Assembly (NCBI GenBank): GCA_964582505.1 | Contig: CAZOSZ010000001.1 | Coordinates: forward strand, 1-42,829 | DNA length: 42,829 nucleotides | Direction of reading: 5' to 3' | From: an uncultured Ectothiorhodospiraceae bacterium | Lineage (GTDB): Bacteria > Pseudomonadota > Gammaproteobacteria > Steroidobacterales > XN24 | Shown here: positions 9,951-18,910 of the stretch, one piece after another | Position numbering within the stretch: the stretch's first letter is position 1 | Layout: each line of letters starts with the position of its first letter | Made by a program: the position numbers and the translations under genes | Notes under the pieces: model-generated | What the model saw: the letters and a program-made list of their open reading frames with translations, nothing else | Database searches by the model: none | Told to the model about the DNA's origin: nothing

Positions 9951-11045
9951 ATGCTGAAGTGCACCCCGCAACTTGTCCCGGGCCTGGTGCTGATCGCCTG
10001 CAGCACCGCACATGGCCAGAACCAGGTGCCGTTTGACTCCGAGGCCTGGTCCATACTCAGCCGTGGGCACGAGCTCACCGAATACCATGGGCAGCCGGCG
10101 CTTTACCTGATGGACGGCTACGCTGTATTGAGTGCGGAGGAGATCAGGAACGGCGTCATCGAGTTCGAAATCGCCTTTTCCGGCGAGCGTGGCTTCGTCG
10201 GTGCATTCTGGAGAATGCGGGAGGGCTCGAATTACGAGCATTTCTACATGCGCCCGCACCAGTCCGGCAATCCGGACGCCAGCCAGTACACGCCCGTATT
10301 CAATGGCGTGACGGGATGGCAGCTCTATCACGGCACCGGCTACTCGGCACCCGTCGAGTACACGTATCAGGACTGGATGCCGGTGCGGATCGAGTTCTGG
10401 GAAGACCAGGCACGGGTGTTCCTGGGGAACCTGGACCGCCCGGTGCTCGAAATTCCTGAACTCAAGCATGCACCCACTGCCGGCAAAGTGGGCCTGATGG
10501 TCGCCGGCAGATTCGCGCCTGCCTGGTTCGCCAACTTCTCCTGGCACAGCTTTGATGCGCCGCCGTTCGAGCGCATTCCCGTTGCGGCCACCGTTGCGGA
10601 CGGTGCCATCATGAGCTGGGAGGTTTCATCGGCGTTCGACTCGGCGGCGCTGGCCAGGCTGGTCGACATCGACCCGCATCAGTACGCGGGTCTGAGCTGG
10701 CGGACGCTCGAGAGCGAGCCGAACGGCGTCGCCAACCTGGCACGGCTGCACGGCGTCCGGGCCGGGGCTGACACCGTGTTCGCACGCACTACGCTGCGAT
10801 CCGAGGGGCAGGCTACGAAGAGTGTTCGATTCGGATACAGCGACCGGGTCAGGGTCTATTTCAATGGGCGCCTGCTCTACGCAGGGGACCGCACGGCATT
10901 CAGCCGCGACTATCGCTACCTGGGGACGATCGGTCCGTATTACAGGCTTTATCTGCCACTGGAATCCGGCGACAACGAGTTGCTGTTCGCCGTCACGGAA
11001 GGCTTCGGGGGCTGGGGCATCATGGCCAGCGTCGAGGAGGACTGA
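9951..11045 (+). CDS. Exported hypothetical protein, two predicted beta-sandwich domains (N-terminal DUF1080/ConA-like by resemblance)
   Basis: Signal-peptide-like N-terminus (LVLIACSTAHG-Q) and aromatic/beta-rich sequence (NGVIEFEIAF, YEHFYMRPH, YSDRVRVYFNG, GDNELLFAV...GGWG). Fills the gap in the operon. Family call tentative. Confidence 0.7.
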   Translation: MLKCTPQLVPGLVLIACSTAHGQNQVPFDSEAWSILSRGHELTEYHGQPALYLMDGYAVLSAEEIRNGVIEFEIAFSGERGFVGAFWRMREGSNYEHFYMRPHQSGNPDASQYTPVFNGVTGWQLYHGTGYSAPVEYTYQDWMPVRIEFWEDQARVFLGNLDRPVLEIPELKHAPTAGKVGLMVAGRFAPAWFANFSWHSFDAPPFERIPVAATVADGAIMSWEVSSAFDSAALARLVDIDPHQYAGLSWRTLESEPNGVANLARLHGVRAGADTVFARTTLRSEGQATKSVRFGYSDRVRVYFNGRLLYAGDRTAFSRDYRYLGTIGPYYRLYLPLESGDNELLFAVTEGFGGWGIMASVEED

Positions 11046-11063
11046 CCTTTGGCGGGGTCAACC

Positions 11064-13655
11064 ATGACCGGACACGTCCTGCTCGCTGCCCTGGCGTCAC
11101 TCGCCTTGGCCGATGGGCTTCAGGCGCTGAACCTCGACATGCCCGCCGGCCTCGACGATGGCCTCGAGGTTGACTCACCCCGTTCAGCAGGCCTCAAGGC
11201 GGCGCCACTCGATGCGCTCGACCAGGCGATCGTCGACGAATCCTTTCCCGACACCACCAGCGTGCTGGTGCTCAAGGACGGCAAGCTGGTGTTCGAGCGG
11301 TATTTCGGGGTTGGGGGCATCGAAGTGCTGAATGACACCCGTTCGGCCATGAAATCGGTGACGGCAATTGCGGTAGGAGTGGCGCTGGCTGATGGCGCGC
11401 TTTACTCCGTCGATGAGGCGGCCTTTGACAGGCTCGAGGACCTCGCGCCCTTCGCCCACGACGGTCCCCTGAAGCGCCAGATCACGCTCGCGGACCTGCT
11501 GACGATGTCCTCGTCGCTGGACTGCAACGATTGGGACGAGCGAAGCCCTGGCAACGAGGAGAACATGTATCCCCTCCGGCACTGGTCCCGCTGGGCGGTC
11601 GACATTCCGGTAACGACGGATTACCAGCGAGGTGAAACTGGACGCGCGCGCTTTTCCTACTGCACTGCGGGCACGTTCCTTCTCGGTCAGATCCTCGAGC
11701 GTGCAGTCGGCGAACCGGTGGACGAATACATCAACGGGCGACTGTTCGATCCACTCGGCATATCGTTGCGCGAGTGGCCGCACTCACCCAGCGGCGAAGT
11801 CATGACGGGTGGCGGGCTTCGTCTGCGCAGCCGTGATCTGCTCAAGCTCGGGAAGCTGGTGCAGTCCGGCGGTCGCTGGGGTGAGCGCCAGATAGTCGCG
11901 ACGGACTGGATATCCGAGATGCTCACGGTCAGGCACCGTGTGGATGGGGAGCAGCAATACGGATATCAGTACTGGCAGCGGCAGTACCAGTCGCCGTGCG
12001 GCAGGCTCGATGGCTGGTCCATGTCGGGCAATGGCGGCAATGTGATTGTGCACTTTCCGAGTCAGGCGATGGTGGCGGTGGTCACCAGGCAGCACTATAA
12101 CCGGCGAGGCATGCACGAGCAGACGGTTCGCCTGCTCGAGGAGCATGTCCTGGCCGCTTTGAATTGCGTCGCCCCCGTGGCGGCAAGCGGAGACGCATTG
12201 CAGGCGGTGCGCGATTACCGCGCGACGCACGCGAACAAGATTCTCGGTGAGTTGCGCGATTTCCTCACGCTGCCCAACGTGGCCAGCAATCGTGACGACA
12301 TCGAGCGCAACGCAGACCACCTCGTGGCACTTCTAGAACAGAGGGGCATCGCCGCGCGCACCCTGCGGGTGCCGGACGCTCCGCCGGCCGTTTACGGCGC
12401 CTACGACGTCCCAGGCGCGGCGCGCACGGTGGTCTTCTACGCTCATTACGACGGCCAACCCGCACCGATTGAGCAGGGCTGGGTCAGCGACCCCTGGATG
12501 CCGGTGCTGCGCGCCGGTGCGCTGGCCGACGGCGCCCATGAACTCGATTGGGCTGCGCTGGACGGCGACATCGATGAGGACTGGCGCATCTACGCGCGTT
12601 CGGCCAGCGACGACAAGTCGCCGATCATCGCGCTGCTCGCCGCGTTCGACGCACTCCTGGCAGCCGGTATCGAGCCGTCCGTGAACCTGCGCTTCTTCTT
12701 CGAAGGTGAGGAGGAAGCCGGCTCGCCGCACCTCGCCGATATTCTGCGCGAGCACCGCGATCTGCTGGCTGCGGATCTATGGCTGTTCTGCGACGGCCCG
12801 GTGCACCAGGACGGGCGCGGCCAGGTGGTGTTCGGCGTACGCGGCGCGATCGGGCTCGAGATGACCCTGTACGGCCCGTTGCGCGCGCTGCATTCGGGCC
12901 ACTATGGCAACTGGGCGCCGAACCCGGCTGCGCGCCTGGCAGAGCTCATCGCGTCGATGCGGGACGGCGAGGGCCAAATCCTGGTCGACGGTTTCTACGA
13001 CCGGGTCCGTCCGCTCGGAGATGCCGGGCAAGCCGCGCTCGCAGCGGTGCCCGATGCCGATGCGGCGCTGCGCCGGGACCTCGCGATCGGGCGCGCCGAG
13101 GCGAACAATGCGCGACTGGTCGAACGGATCATGCTGCCGGCGATCAATGTGCGCGGCATTCGCGCCGGCGGCGTGCAGGACGAGGCGGCCAACGCGATCC
13201 CGACCGAGGCGCACGCGTCGCTGGACATCCGCCTGGTGCCGGATCTCGGTCCGGACGAGGTGAAAACCCTCCTCGAAGCTCACGTACGCCGGCAGGGCTA
13301 TACGATCGTCCGCGACACGCCGGAGGCGGATATGCGCAGGCGCCATCCGAAGCTCGTCCGCATCAACTGGAGCAGCGGCTATCCCGGCCTGCGCACGCCG
13401 CTTGACCTGCCGGTATCCCGCGCCGTGGTCGCGGCAGTCGAAGCGGCGCGCGGCGAGGCCGTGGTGCGCATACCCAACCTCGGGGGCAGCCTGCCGATCT
13501 ACCTGTTCGACGAAATCCTCGCTACGCCGCTGATCATCGTGCCGATGGTGAACCACGACAACAACCAGCACGCCGCGAACGAGAACCTGCGCATCGGCAA
13601 CCTCTGGACCGGCATCGACATGTACGCGTTTGTCATGATGCGGCTGGACTGGTGA
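11064..13655 (+). CDS. Fusion: beta-lactamase-like serine hydrolase + M20/M25/M40 metallopeptidase
   Basis: Signal peptide. N-half has SxxK (RSAMKS), ITLADLLTMSS, FSYCT and SGNGG. C-half has YAHYDGQP, ARSASDDKS, FEGEEEAGS, LHSGHYG and NNQHAANEN. One continuous ORF; ATG 11064 preferred to TTG 11049. Confidence 0.9.
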   Translation: MTGHVLLAALASLALADGLQALNLDMPAGLDDGLEVDSPRSAGLKAAPLDALDQAIVDESFPDTTSVLVLKDGKLVFERYFGVGGIEVLNDTRSAMKSVTAIAVGVALADGALYSVDEAAFDRLEDLAPFAHDGPLKRQITLADLLTMSSSLDCNDWDERSPGNEENMYPLRHWSRWAVDIPVTTDYQRGETGRARFSYCTAGTFLLGQILERAVGEPVDEYINGRLFDPLGISLREWPHSPSGEVMTGGGLRLRSRDLLKLGKLVQSGGRWGERQIVATDWISEMLTVRHRVDGEQQYGYQYWQRQYQSPCGRLDGWSMSGNGGNVIVHFPSQAMVAVVTRQHYNRRGMHEQTVRLLEEHVLAALNCVAPVAASGDALQAVRDYRATHANKILGELRDFLTLPNVASNRDDIERNADHLVALLEQRGIAARTLRVPDAPPAVYGAYDVPGAARTVVFYAHYDGQPAPIEQGWVSDPWMPVLRAGALADGAHELDWAALDGDIDEDWRIYARSASDDKSPIIALLAAFDALLAAGIEPSVNLRFFFEGEEEAGSPHLADILREHRDLLAADLWLFCDGPVHQDGRGQVVFGVRGAIGLEMTLYGPLRALHSGHYGNWAPNPAARLAELIASMRDGEGQILVDGFYDRVRPLGDAGQAALAAVPDADAALRRDLAIGRAEANNARLVERIMLPAINVRGIRAGGVQDEAANAIPTEAHASLDIRLVPDLGPDEVKTLLEAHVRRQGYTIVRDTPEADMRRRHPKLVRINWSSGYPGLRTPLDLPVSRAVVAAVEAARGEAVVRIPNLGGSLPIYLFDEILATPLIIVPMVNHDNNQHAANENLRIGNLWTGIDMYAFVMMRLDW

Positions 13656-14299
13656 AGCACGTCATGCCTGCAACGACGGACACCTATCGCCGCCTGTACT
13701 CATCCGCGCGCCGCCTGGTCGGCGATCGCGCTGAAGCGGAGGATCTGTTGCAGGACGCCTTGCTGGCTGCGCTGAAGGCCGGCCGGATGCCCTTGAGCGA
13801 TCCGGCGGACCAGCGATGGGTGGCCGGCGTGTTGCGAAACCAGGCTGCCATGCGTGCACGGACAGGCGCCCGGCGCACCGTGCGGGAGCGCGCCTTCGGC
13901 GCATCGATCGAGGGCGAGCATGTGGCAGCGGACCAGGCGATGGCGTTCGATGCCTTGCTTGCGCCGATGCCGCCCGCCGCGCGCGCGGTCGCGGTCCTGA
14001 TCCTGCACGGGCTGAACGCCGACGAGATCTGCTGGATCCATCGGCTCTCGGACACCGCCTTCCGCCAGCGGCTGACCTCGATACGCAAGTCGCTGAAATC
14101 GCTGCCGGAGGCGCTCCGCGGCGAGGCGCTGGCCACGGCCCTTCACCGGCCGGGCATCGCCGGGCTCGAGCTCGGGCTGATCCGCCGCGCGCTGCGGGTA
14201 ACCCTCGAGCGCATGCCCGGAGTCGGGAGCCATGATCCCGACGGTCACCTGATCCTGATCTCGCCCGGCGCTCACAGATACCGCTGCGGCGGCAACTGA
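13652..14299 (+). CDS. ECF-like RNA polymerase sigma factor with C-terminal extension
   Basis: GTGA overlap with the previous stop. Region-2-like RRLYSSARRLVGDRAEAEDLLQDALL and region-4-like MPPAARAVAVL...ADEIC...TAFRQRLTSIRK. Confidence 0.75.
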   Translation: MKHVMPATTDTYRRLYSSARRLVGDRAEAEDLLQDALLAALKAGRMPLSDPADQRWVAGVLRNQAAMRARTGARRTVRERAFGASIEGEHVAADQAMAFDALLAPMPPAARAVAVLILHGLNADEICWIHRLSDTAFRQRLTSIRKSLKSLPEALRGEALATALHRPGIAGLELGLIRRALRVTLERMPGVGSHDPDGHLILISPGAHRYRCGGN

Positions 14300-14319
14300 G
14301 GGGCGAGGAGGAACATGAC

Positions 14320-14691
14320 ATGATTAACCAGACAGATACCGAAATCGCCGCGGTGTTCAAGGTCAGCAAGCTGGACCGGACGCTGGCGTTCTACAGCGAC
14401 GTGCTGGGGCTCGAGATCGGGCGTCACGACGACGGACACGGCGGCGCCTACGGCATGGGCCGGGTCGGCAGTGCGTGGTTCATTTTTTTCGAGGAGGCGG
14501 GCGTTGCGCCGGGTGGTTCACCGATTCTCGTCTTCAGCGTGAAAGAGGGCATTGAGAAGACGGTCGAGGCACTGGCGCTCAAGGGCGTCGAGATCGTGGT
14601 GCCGGTCAGCGAGGCACCGGGTGGCTTGAGCGCGGACTTCCTCGACCCGGACCGCCACGTGTTGAGCCTGTACCAGCCGGGGCCATCATGA
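14320..14691 (+). CDS. VOC (glyoxalase/bleomycin-resistance) family protein
   Basis: SD GAGGAGG; motifs VSKLDRTLAFYSDVLGL...FLDPDRHVLSLYQ. Confidence 0.88.
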   Translation: MINQTDTEIAAVFKVSKLDRTLAFYSDVLGLEIGRHDDGHGGAYGMGRVGSAWFIFFEEAGVAPGGSPILVFSVKEGIEKTVEALALKGVEIVVPVSEAPGGLSADFLDPDRHVLSLYQPGPS

Positions 14692-15365
14692 GCACGAAAG
14701 TATTGGTCTGTGCCCTGTTGTCGGCGTGCGTCGCGTTCGCGATGGCGGCGGACGGGTCCTGGCGCACGCCGAATGTGCTCTCTGGCGAGGGCCGCACGCC
14801 GCTCAGCGGCCAGGTCGAGGCGCTCGAATGGCTTGCCGGCGACTGGATCGGCGAGGGCCTCGGAGGGGCGGCGGAGTTCATGATGGCGAAGCCGTCGGCC
14901 GGCACCATGGCCGGCATCTTCAAGCATGCGCGCGACGGTGGCGTGACGTTCTACGAATTCATTGTCATCGGCGAGTTCGACGGCCGTACGGCGGTGCGCT
15001 TCAAGCACTTCCATCCGGACTTGCGCGGCTGGGAGGCGCAGGACGCGTGGATGGAGTTCCCGTTGCTGGAAGTCACGCCGGGCCGCGCGGCCTACTTCGA
15101 CGGCCTGACCTGGCGGCTGAACGACGATGGCAGCCTGGAAGGTTTTGTGATCGCGCGCACGGGAGTCGGGCCGGAGCGGGAACTCGGTTTCCGTTACCGG
15201 GCCGCGCGGAAGGCTGAATCGGCTGGCGCCGCGAAAGCCGGATGTCGGCCGCTGTTCAGCGTGCATTTCGGGACACTCGGCATGGTGCTTTGCCGCGCGC
15301 GATCGGCGGCTGACGTCGGGGGCTTGGAAGGGAAAGAGGCCGAGGCATGCAAAGACTTCGCCTGA
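14688..15365 (+). CDS. Exported DUF6265-like protein
   Basis: ATGA overlap; signal peptide; motifs LEWLAGDWIGE, MAGIFK, FYEFIVI, RFKHFHPDLRGWE. The last ~50 aa look non-conserved. Confidence 0.7.
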   Translation: MSTKVLVCALLSACVAFAMAADGSWRTPNVLSGEGRTPLSGQVEALEWLAGDWIGEGLGGAAEFMMAKPSAGTMAGIFKHARDGGVTFYEFIVIGEFDGRTAVRFKHFHPDLRGWEAQDAWMEFPLLEVTPGRAAYFDGLTWRLNDDGSLEGFVIARTGVGPERELGFRYRAARKAESAGAAKAGCRPLFSVHFGTLGMVLCRARSAADVGGLEGKEAEACKDFA

Positions 15366-16429
15366 TCATTGCCTTCGTGCTGCTGCTTTACGCCGTCAGT
15401 GCCGGCGCCGATCCATTCCGGCACGTCTGGCAGCAGATCGCACCCGGCGTGCACGTGGGGATCCGCGCCGACAGCCCGCGCATCCCGGTGATGGGGAATA
15501 CCACCTTTGTGGTCAGCGAGTCGGGCGTCGTGGTGTTCGATGGCGGCGGCGTGCCGCTGATGGCCGAGCGTGCGATCGAACGCATACGCGCAGTGACGGA
15601 CCAGCCGGTCACGCACGTCATCGTCAGTCACTGGCACCAGGACCACAACTGGGGCATCAAGGCTTACGCCGACGCGTTCCCGAATGTGCAGGTCATCGCA
15701 CATCGGTACACCAGGGACGCGCTGGTTGCCAGGAATCCGGGCGATGTCGACCAGGTTCGCAATGCGGTCGACAGGCTGCTGCCGAGCATCACGGAACAAT
15801 TGCAACGCGACCAGCGTCCAGATGGCAGTCCCATGCCGGCCGGGCACCGTGCATGGCTGCAGCGCTTTATCGCGGACTCGCCGCTCATCGACGCCGAGTA
15901 CAAGCGCCTGGTGCCGGCAGATATCAATCTCGGCTTCGAGCAGCGCATGGTGATCCACTCGGGCAGCGTGGTGATCGAGCTTTTGCACCTCGGCAGGGGC
16001 AACACGGCCGGCGACGTGCTGATGTGGCTGCCGGCGCAGCGCATCGTCGCCGCCGGCGACCTGGTCGTGCGGCCGACTCCCTACGGGTTCGGCAGCCATC
16101 CCGCGGAATGGGCGGAGACCCTTCGCCGGGTGAAGACCCTGGATTACCGGATATTGATTCCCGGGCACGGCGAGCTGCAGCGGGACGCCGACTACCTGGA
16201 CCTGCTGATCGAGACGCTGGAGTCTGTCGCCGCGCAGGCGGCGGCCATGGTCGAGGAAGGGATCGATGAGGAAGAGGCGGTGGATCGACTGGACCTCGGT
16301 GAGCTGGAGCCGCGCTTTACCGGCGGCGACGAGTTCCTCGCAGGCCGGTTCTCCGTCTGGTTCAGACAGCCGATCGCCCGTGCCGCGCATCGCATTGCTC
16401 GCGGCGAGCCGCCGGAGACCGCGCCGTAA
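15347..16429 (+). CDS. Exported MBL-fold metallo-hydrolase (cyclase-like)
   Basis: Signal peptide; SHWHQDH metal motif, GRGNTAGD, AAGDLV, LIPGHG. Confidence 0.9.
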   Translation: MQRLRLIIAFVLLLYAVSAGADPFRHVWQQIAPGVHVGIRADSPRIPVMGNTTFVVSESGVVVFDGGGVPLMAERAIERIRAVTDQPVTHVIVSHWHQDHNWGIKAYADAFPNVQVIAHRYTRDALVARNPGDVDQVRNAVDRLLPSITEQLQRDQRPDGSPMPAGHRAWLQRFIADSPLIDAEYKRLVPADINLGFEQRMVIHSGSVVIELLHLGRGNTAGDVLMWLPAQRIVAAGDLVVRPTPYGFGSHPAEWAETLRRVKTLDYRILIPGHGELQRDADYLDLLIETLESVAAQAAAMVEEGIDEEEAVDRLDLGELEPRFTGGDEFLAGRFSVWFRQPIARAAHRIARGEPPETAP

Positions 16430-16486
16430 CAGGCGATTCGAATCCGGGGTGTGCATCCTGGCGGTGCCGGCCCCGAGGGAGGACAC

Positions 16487-18904
16487 ATGGAAGACTTCAG
16501 GTTCGCGGTCCGCGCATTGGCGCACCGGCCGATGTACACCCTGATCATCGTGCTCGTGCTGGCCCTGGCGATCGGCGCCAACACCACGGTATTCAGCGTG
16601 TTCAACGGCTTTTTCCTGCGGCCGCTGCCTTATCCCGACGACGGCCGGCTGGTGGTGGTCTACAACACCTATCCCAAATCCGGTCTCGAGTTCGCCGGTA
16701 CCTCGATCCCGGACTACCTCGACCGGCGCGAGCAGGCGCCCTCTGTGGAGGAGCTGGCGATCTTCACCGGCACCCAGCGCACGCTCGGCCTGGACGGCGA
16801 GCCTGAGCGGATCTTCGTGCCGCGCGTCTCGCCCTCGCTGTTCGCTACGCTGGGCGTGCCACCGATGCTGGGCCGCGTCTTCAGCGACGACGAAGCGACG
16901 CCCGGCAGGGATCGCGTGGCGGTCATCAGCCATGCGCTGTGGAGCACACGTTTTGGTGGCCGGCCCGACATCGTCGGTCGCGACATCCGGCTCGACGGCG
17001 AGCCATTCACGGTCATCGGCGTGATGCCAGAACGCTTCAGCTTCCCGAACAGCGCACAGGCCTGGGTGCCGTTTGCCTTCACGCCGGAGCAGATGACCGA
17101 CAACGAGCGAGGCAACGAGTTCTCCGGCAGCATTGGTCGGCTGCGGCCGGGTGCCACGCTCGAGGGCCTCAACAGCGAGCTCGACCTGATCGTGGAGCGC
17201 AATGTCGAACGGCTGGGCAACGCCGCGGCATTCATCGAGGTCACCGGCTTCACCGGCCGGGCCCGGTTCATGCGCGAACTCGCGGTCGGCAATCTCAAGC
17301 CCATGCTGCTGCTGCTGCAGGCGACGGTGCTGGCCGTGCTGCTGATTGCCTGCGCGAACATCGCCAATCTGCAGCTTGCACGCATCGCTGCGCGGCGCAA
17401 GGAGCTGTCGGTGCGCGCGGTGCTCGGCGCGCGTCGCGGCCGCCTGGCGGGCCTGGTACTGACCGAGAGCCTGGTGCTGTCGGGCCTGGGCGCGGTGGCC
17501 GGCATCGCCCTGGCAATTGGCGGGCTGGAGCTGGTGCGCAGTCTGGGGCTGGACCGTGCTCAACAGGGCTTCGAGTTCGCGTTGGATGCGCGGGTGCTCG
17601 GCTTTACTGCCGGAGCGGCGCTGTTCGCTGCGCTGATTTCGGCATTGCTGCCAATTACGGTGCTTTGGCGCGAAAAGCTCGCCGAGGCGATTCACGAAGC
17701 GGGACGGCTGGGCGGCGGCGGGCGTGCTGCGCAGGGGCTGCGCAGTACCCTGGTGGTGGTGCAGATCGCGATGAGCGTGGCCCTGCTGATCGGCGCCGGG
17801 CTGCTCACCAGGAGCTTTTACCAGCTGCAGCAGTTGGGACCCGGTTTCGAAGTCGACGGCATCCTGACTGCGCGCGTCGGCCTGCCGCAGAACCGCTACG
17901 GCGACGCCCAAGCGCGCGGGCAATATTATGAACGGGCGCTCGAAGAGCTGCGCGCATTGCCGGGCGTGACACAAGTCGGCCTGACCAGCATCCTGCCGTT
18001 CTCGGGCAGCAACTCGCAGGGCTCGATCGCGATCGACGGCTACACACCGCCGGACGGCGTCGCGCCGCCACATGCGCAGGTGCGCAGCATCAACGAGGAT
18101 TACCTGCCGGCATTGGACATCCCCGTGGTGCAGGGTCGCAACTTCGAAACGCGCGAGCCAGATCGAGTGGTCATCATCGACCAGAACATGGCGCGGCGCT
18201 ACTGGCCGGAAGGGAACGCGCTGGGCCAGCGCCTGCGCCGTACGTTTGAGCCGGACGACCGCTGGTACACCGTGATCGGGATCGTAGCTCCGATCAAGCA
18301 GGGCAACCTGGCCGAGGATCCGACCAAGGAAACGATCTACTGGCACTACCAGCAGCGCCCGGACGTGGTGGGCGTGTTTGCGTTGCGCACCGCGCTGCCT
18401 CCCGAACTACTCGCCCGAGCAGCCAATGACGCAGTGCTGCGCGTCGACCCGGAGCTGCCGCTGTTCGACCTCAAGGCGCTGGACACGCGCGTCATGGAGT
18501 CGCTCGGCCCGCAGCGTGCGCCGATGGTGCTGACGCTGGTGTTCGCGGCAGTGGCCTTCACGCTGGCGGTCGTCGGCATCTACGGCGTGCTGACCTGGGC
18601 GGTCACGCAGCGCTTCGGGGAGATCGGCGTGCGCATGGCGCTGGGCGCACGCGGCACCGATATCGTGCGACTGATCCTGGGCCAGGGCGGCCGGTTGACC
18701 GCCATTGGCCTGGTGGCCGGCATCGGCGCGGCGGTCGTGCTGGGTCGTTACATGGCTTCGCAGATCCATGAGGTCAGCCCGCTCGATCCGCTGGTGTTCG
18801 GCATCGTGATCGTGGGGCTCGGCGGAGCGGCGCTGCTGGCGAGCTGGCTTCCGGCACGCCGCGCCGGGCGCATCGACCCGATGACGGCCTTGCGGGAGGA
18901 GTGA
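16487..18904 (+). CDS. ADOP-type ABC permease #6
   Basis: Start ATG 16487 after GGAGG (MEDFRFAVRAL). Motifs LAIGANTTVFSV, LLIACANIANLQLAR, EIGVRMALGA, RIDPMTALREE. Confidence 0.95.
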   Translation: MEDFRFAVRALAHRPMYTLIIVLVLALAIGANTTVFSVFNGFFLRPLPYPDDGRLVVVYNTYPKSGLEFAGTSIPDYLDRREQAPSVEELAIFTGTQRTLGLDGEPERIFVPRVSPSLFATLGVPPMLGRVFSDDEATPGRDRVAVISHALWSTRFGGRPDIVGRDIRLDGEPFTVIGVMPERFSFPNSAQAWVPFAFTPEQMTDNERGNEFSGSIGRLRPGATLEGLNSELDLIVERNVERLGNAAAFIEVTGFTGRARFMRELAVGNLKPMLLLLQATVLAVLLIACANIANLQLARIAARRKELSVRAVLGARRGRLAGLVLTESLVLSGLGAVAGIALAIGGLELVRSLGLDRAQQGFEFALDARVLGFTAGAALFAALISALLPITVLWREKLAEAIHEAGRLGGGGRAAQGLRSTLVVVQIAMSVALLIGAGLLTRSFYQLQQLGPGFEVDGILTARVGLPQNRYGDAQARGQYYERALEELRALPGVTQVGLTSILPFSGSNSQGSIAIDGYTPPDGVAPPHAQVRSINEDYLPALDIPVVQGRNFETREPDRVVIIDQNMARRYWPEGNALGQRLRRTFEPDDRWYTVIGIVAPIKQGNLAEDPTKETIYWHYQQRPDVVGVFALRTALPPELLARAANDAVLRVDPELPLFDLKALDTRVMESLGPQRAPMVLTLVFAAVAFTLAVVGIYGVLTWAVTQRFGEIGVRMALGARGTDIVRLILGQGGRLTAIGLVAGIGAAVVLGRYMASQIHEVSPLDPLVFGIVIVGLGGAALLASWLPARRAGRIDPMTALREE
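18827..18904 (+). repeat. 78-nt direct repeat, copy 1 (3' tail of permease #6)
   Basis: 72/78 identical to 21272-21349 by manual alignment. Confidence 0.85.
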
Positions 18905-18910
18905 GTTCCG

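Noticed and set aside
11064-16429. Calling the serine hydrolase or MBL gene bona fide beta-lactamase resistance genes
   Set aside because: Only fold-level motifs are present. Class C YxN/KTG are absent, and the MBL has N in place of the usual downstream His (GRGNT).
15194-18346. 1050-aa minus-strand ORF (likewise 2671..5268, 106..1641, 27640..29217, 40723..42693)
   Set aside because: Antisense shadows of well-supported plus-strand genes. High GC and codon bias suppress stops, and the translations show no recognisable motifs.
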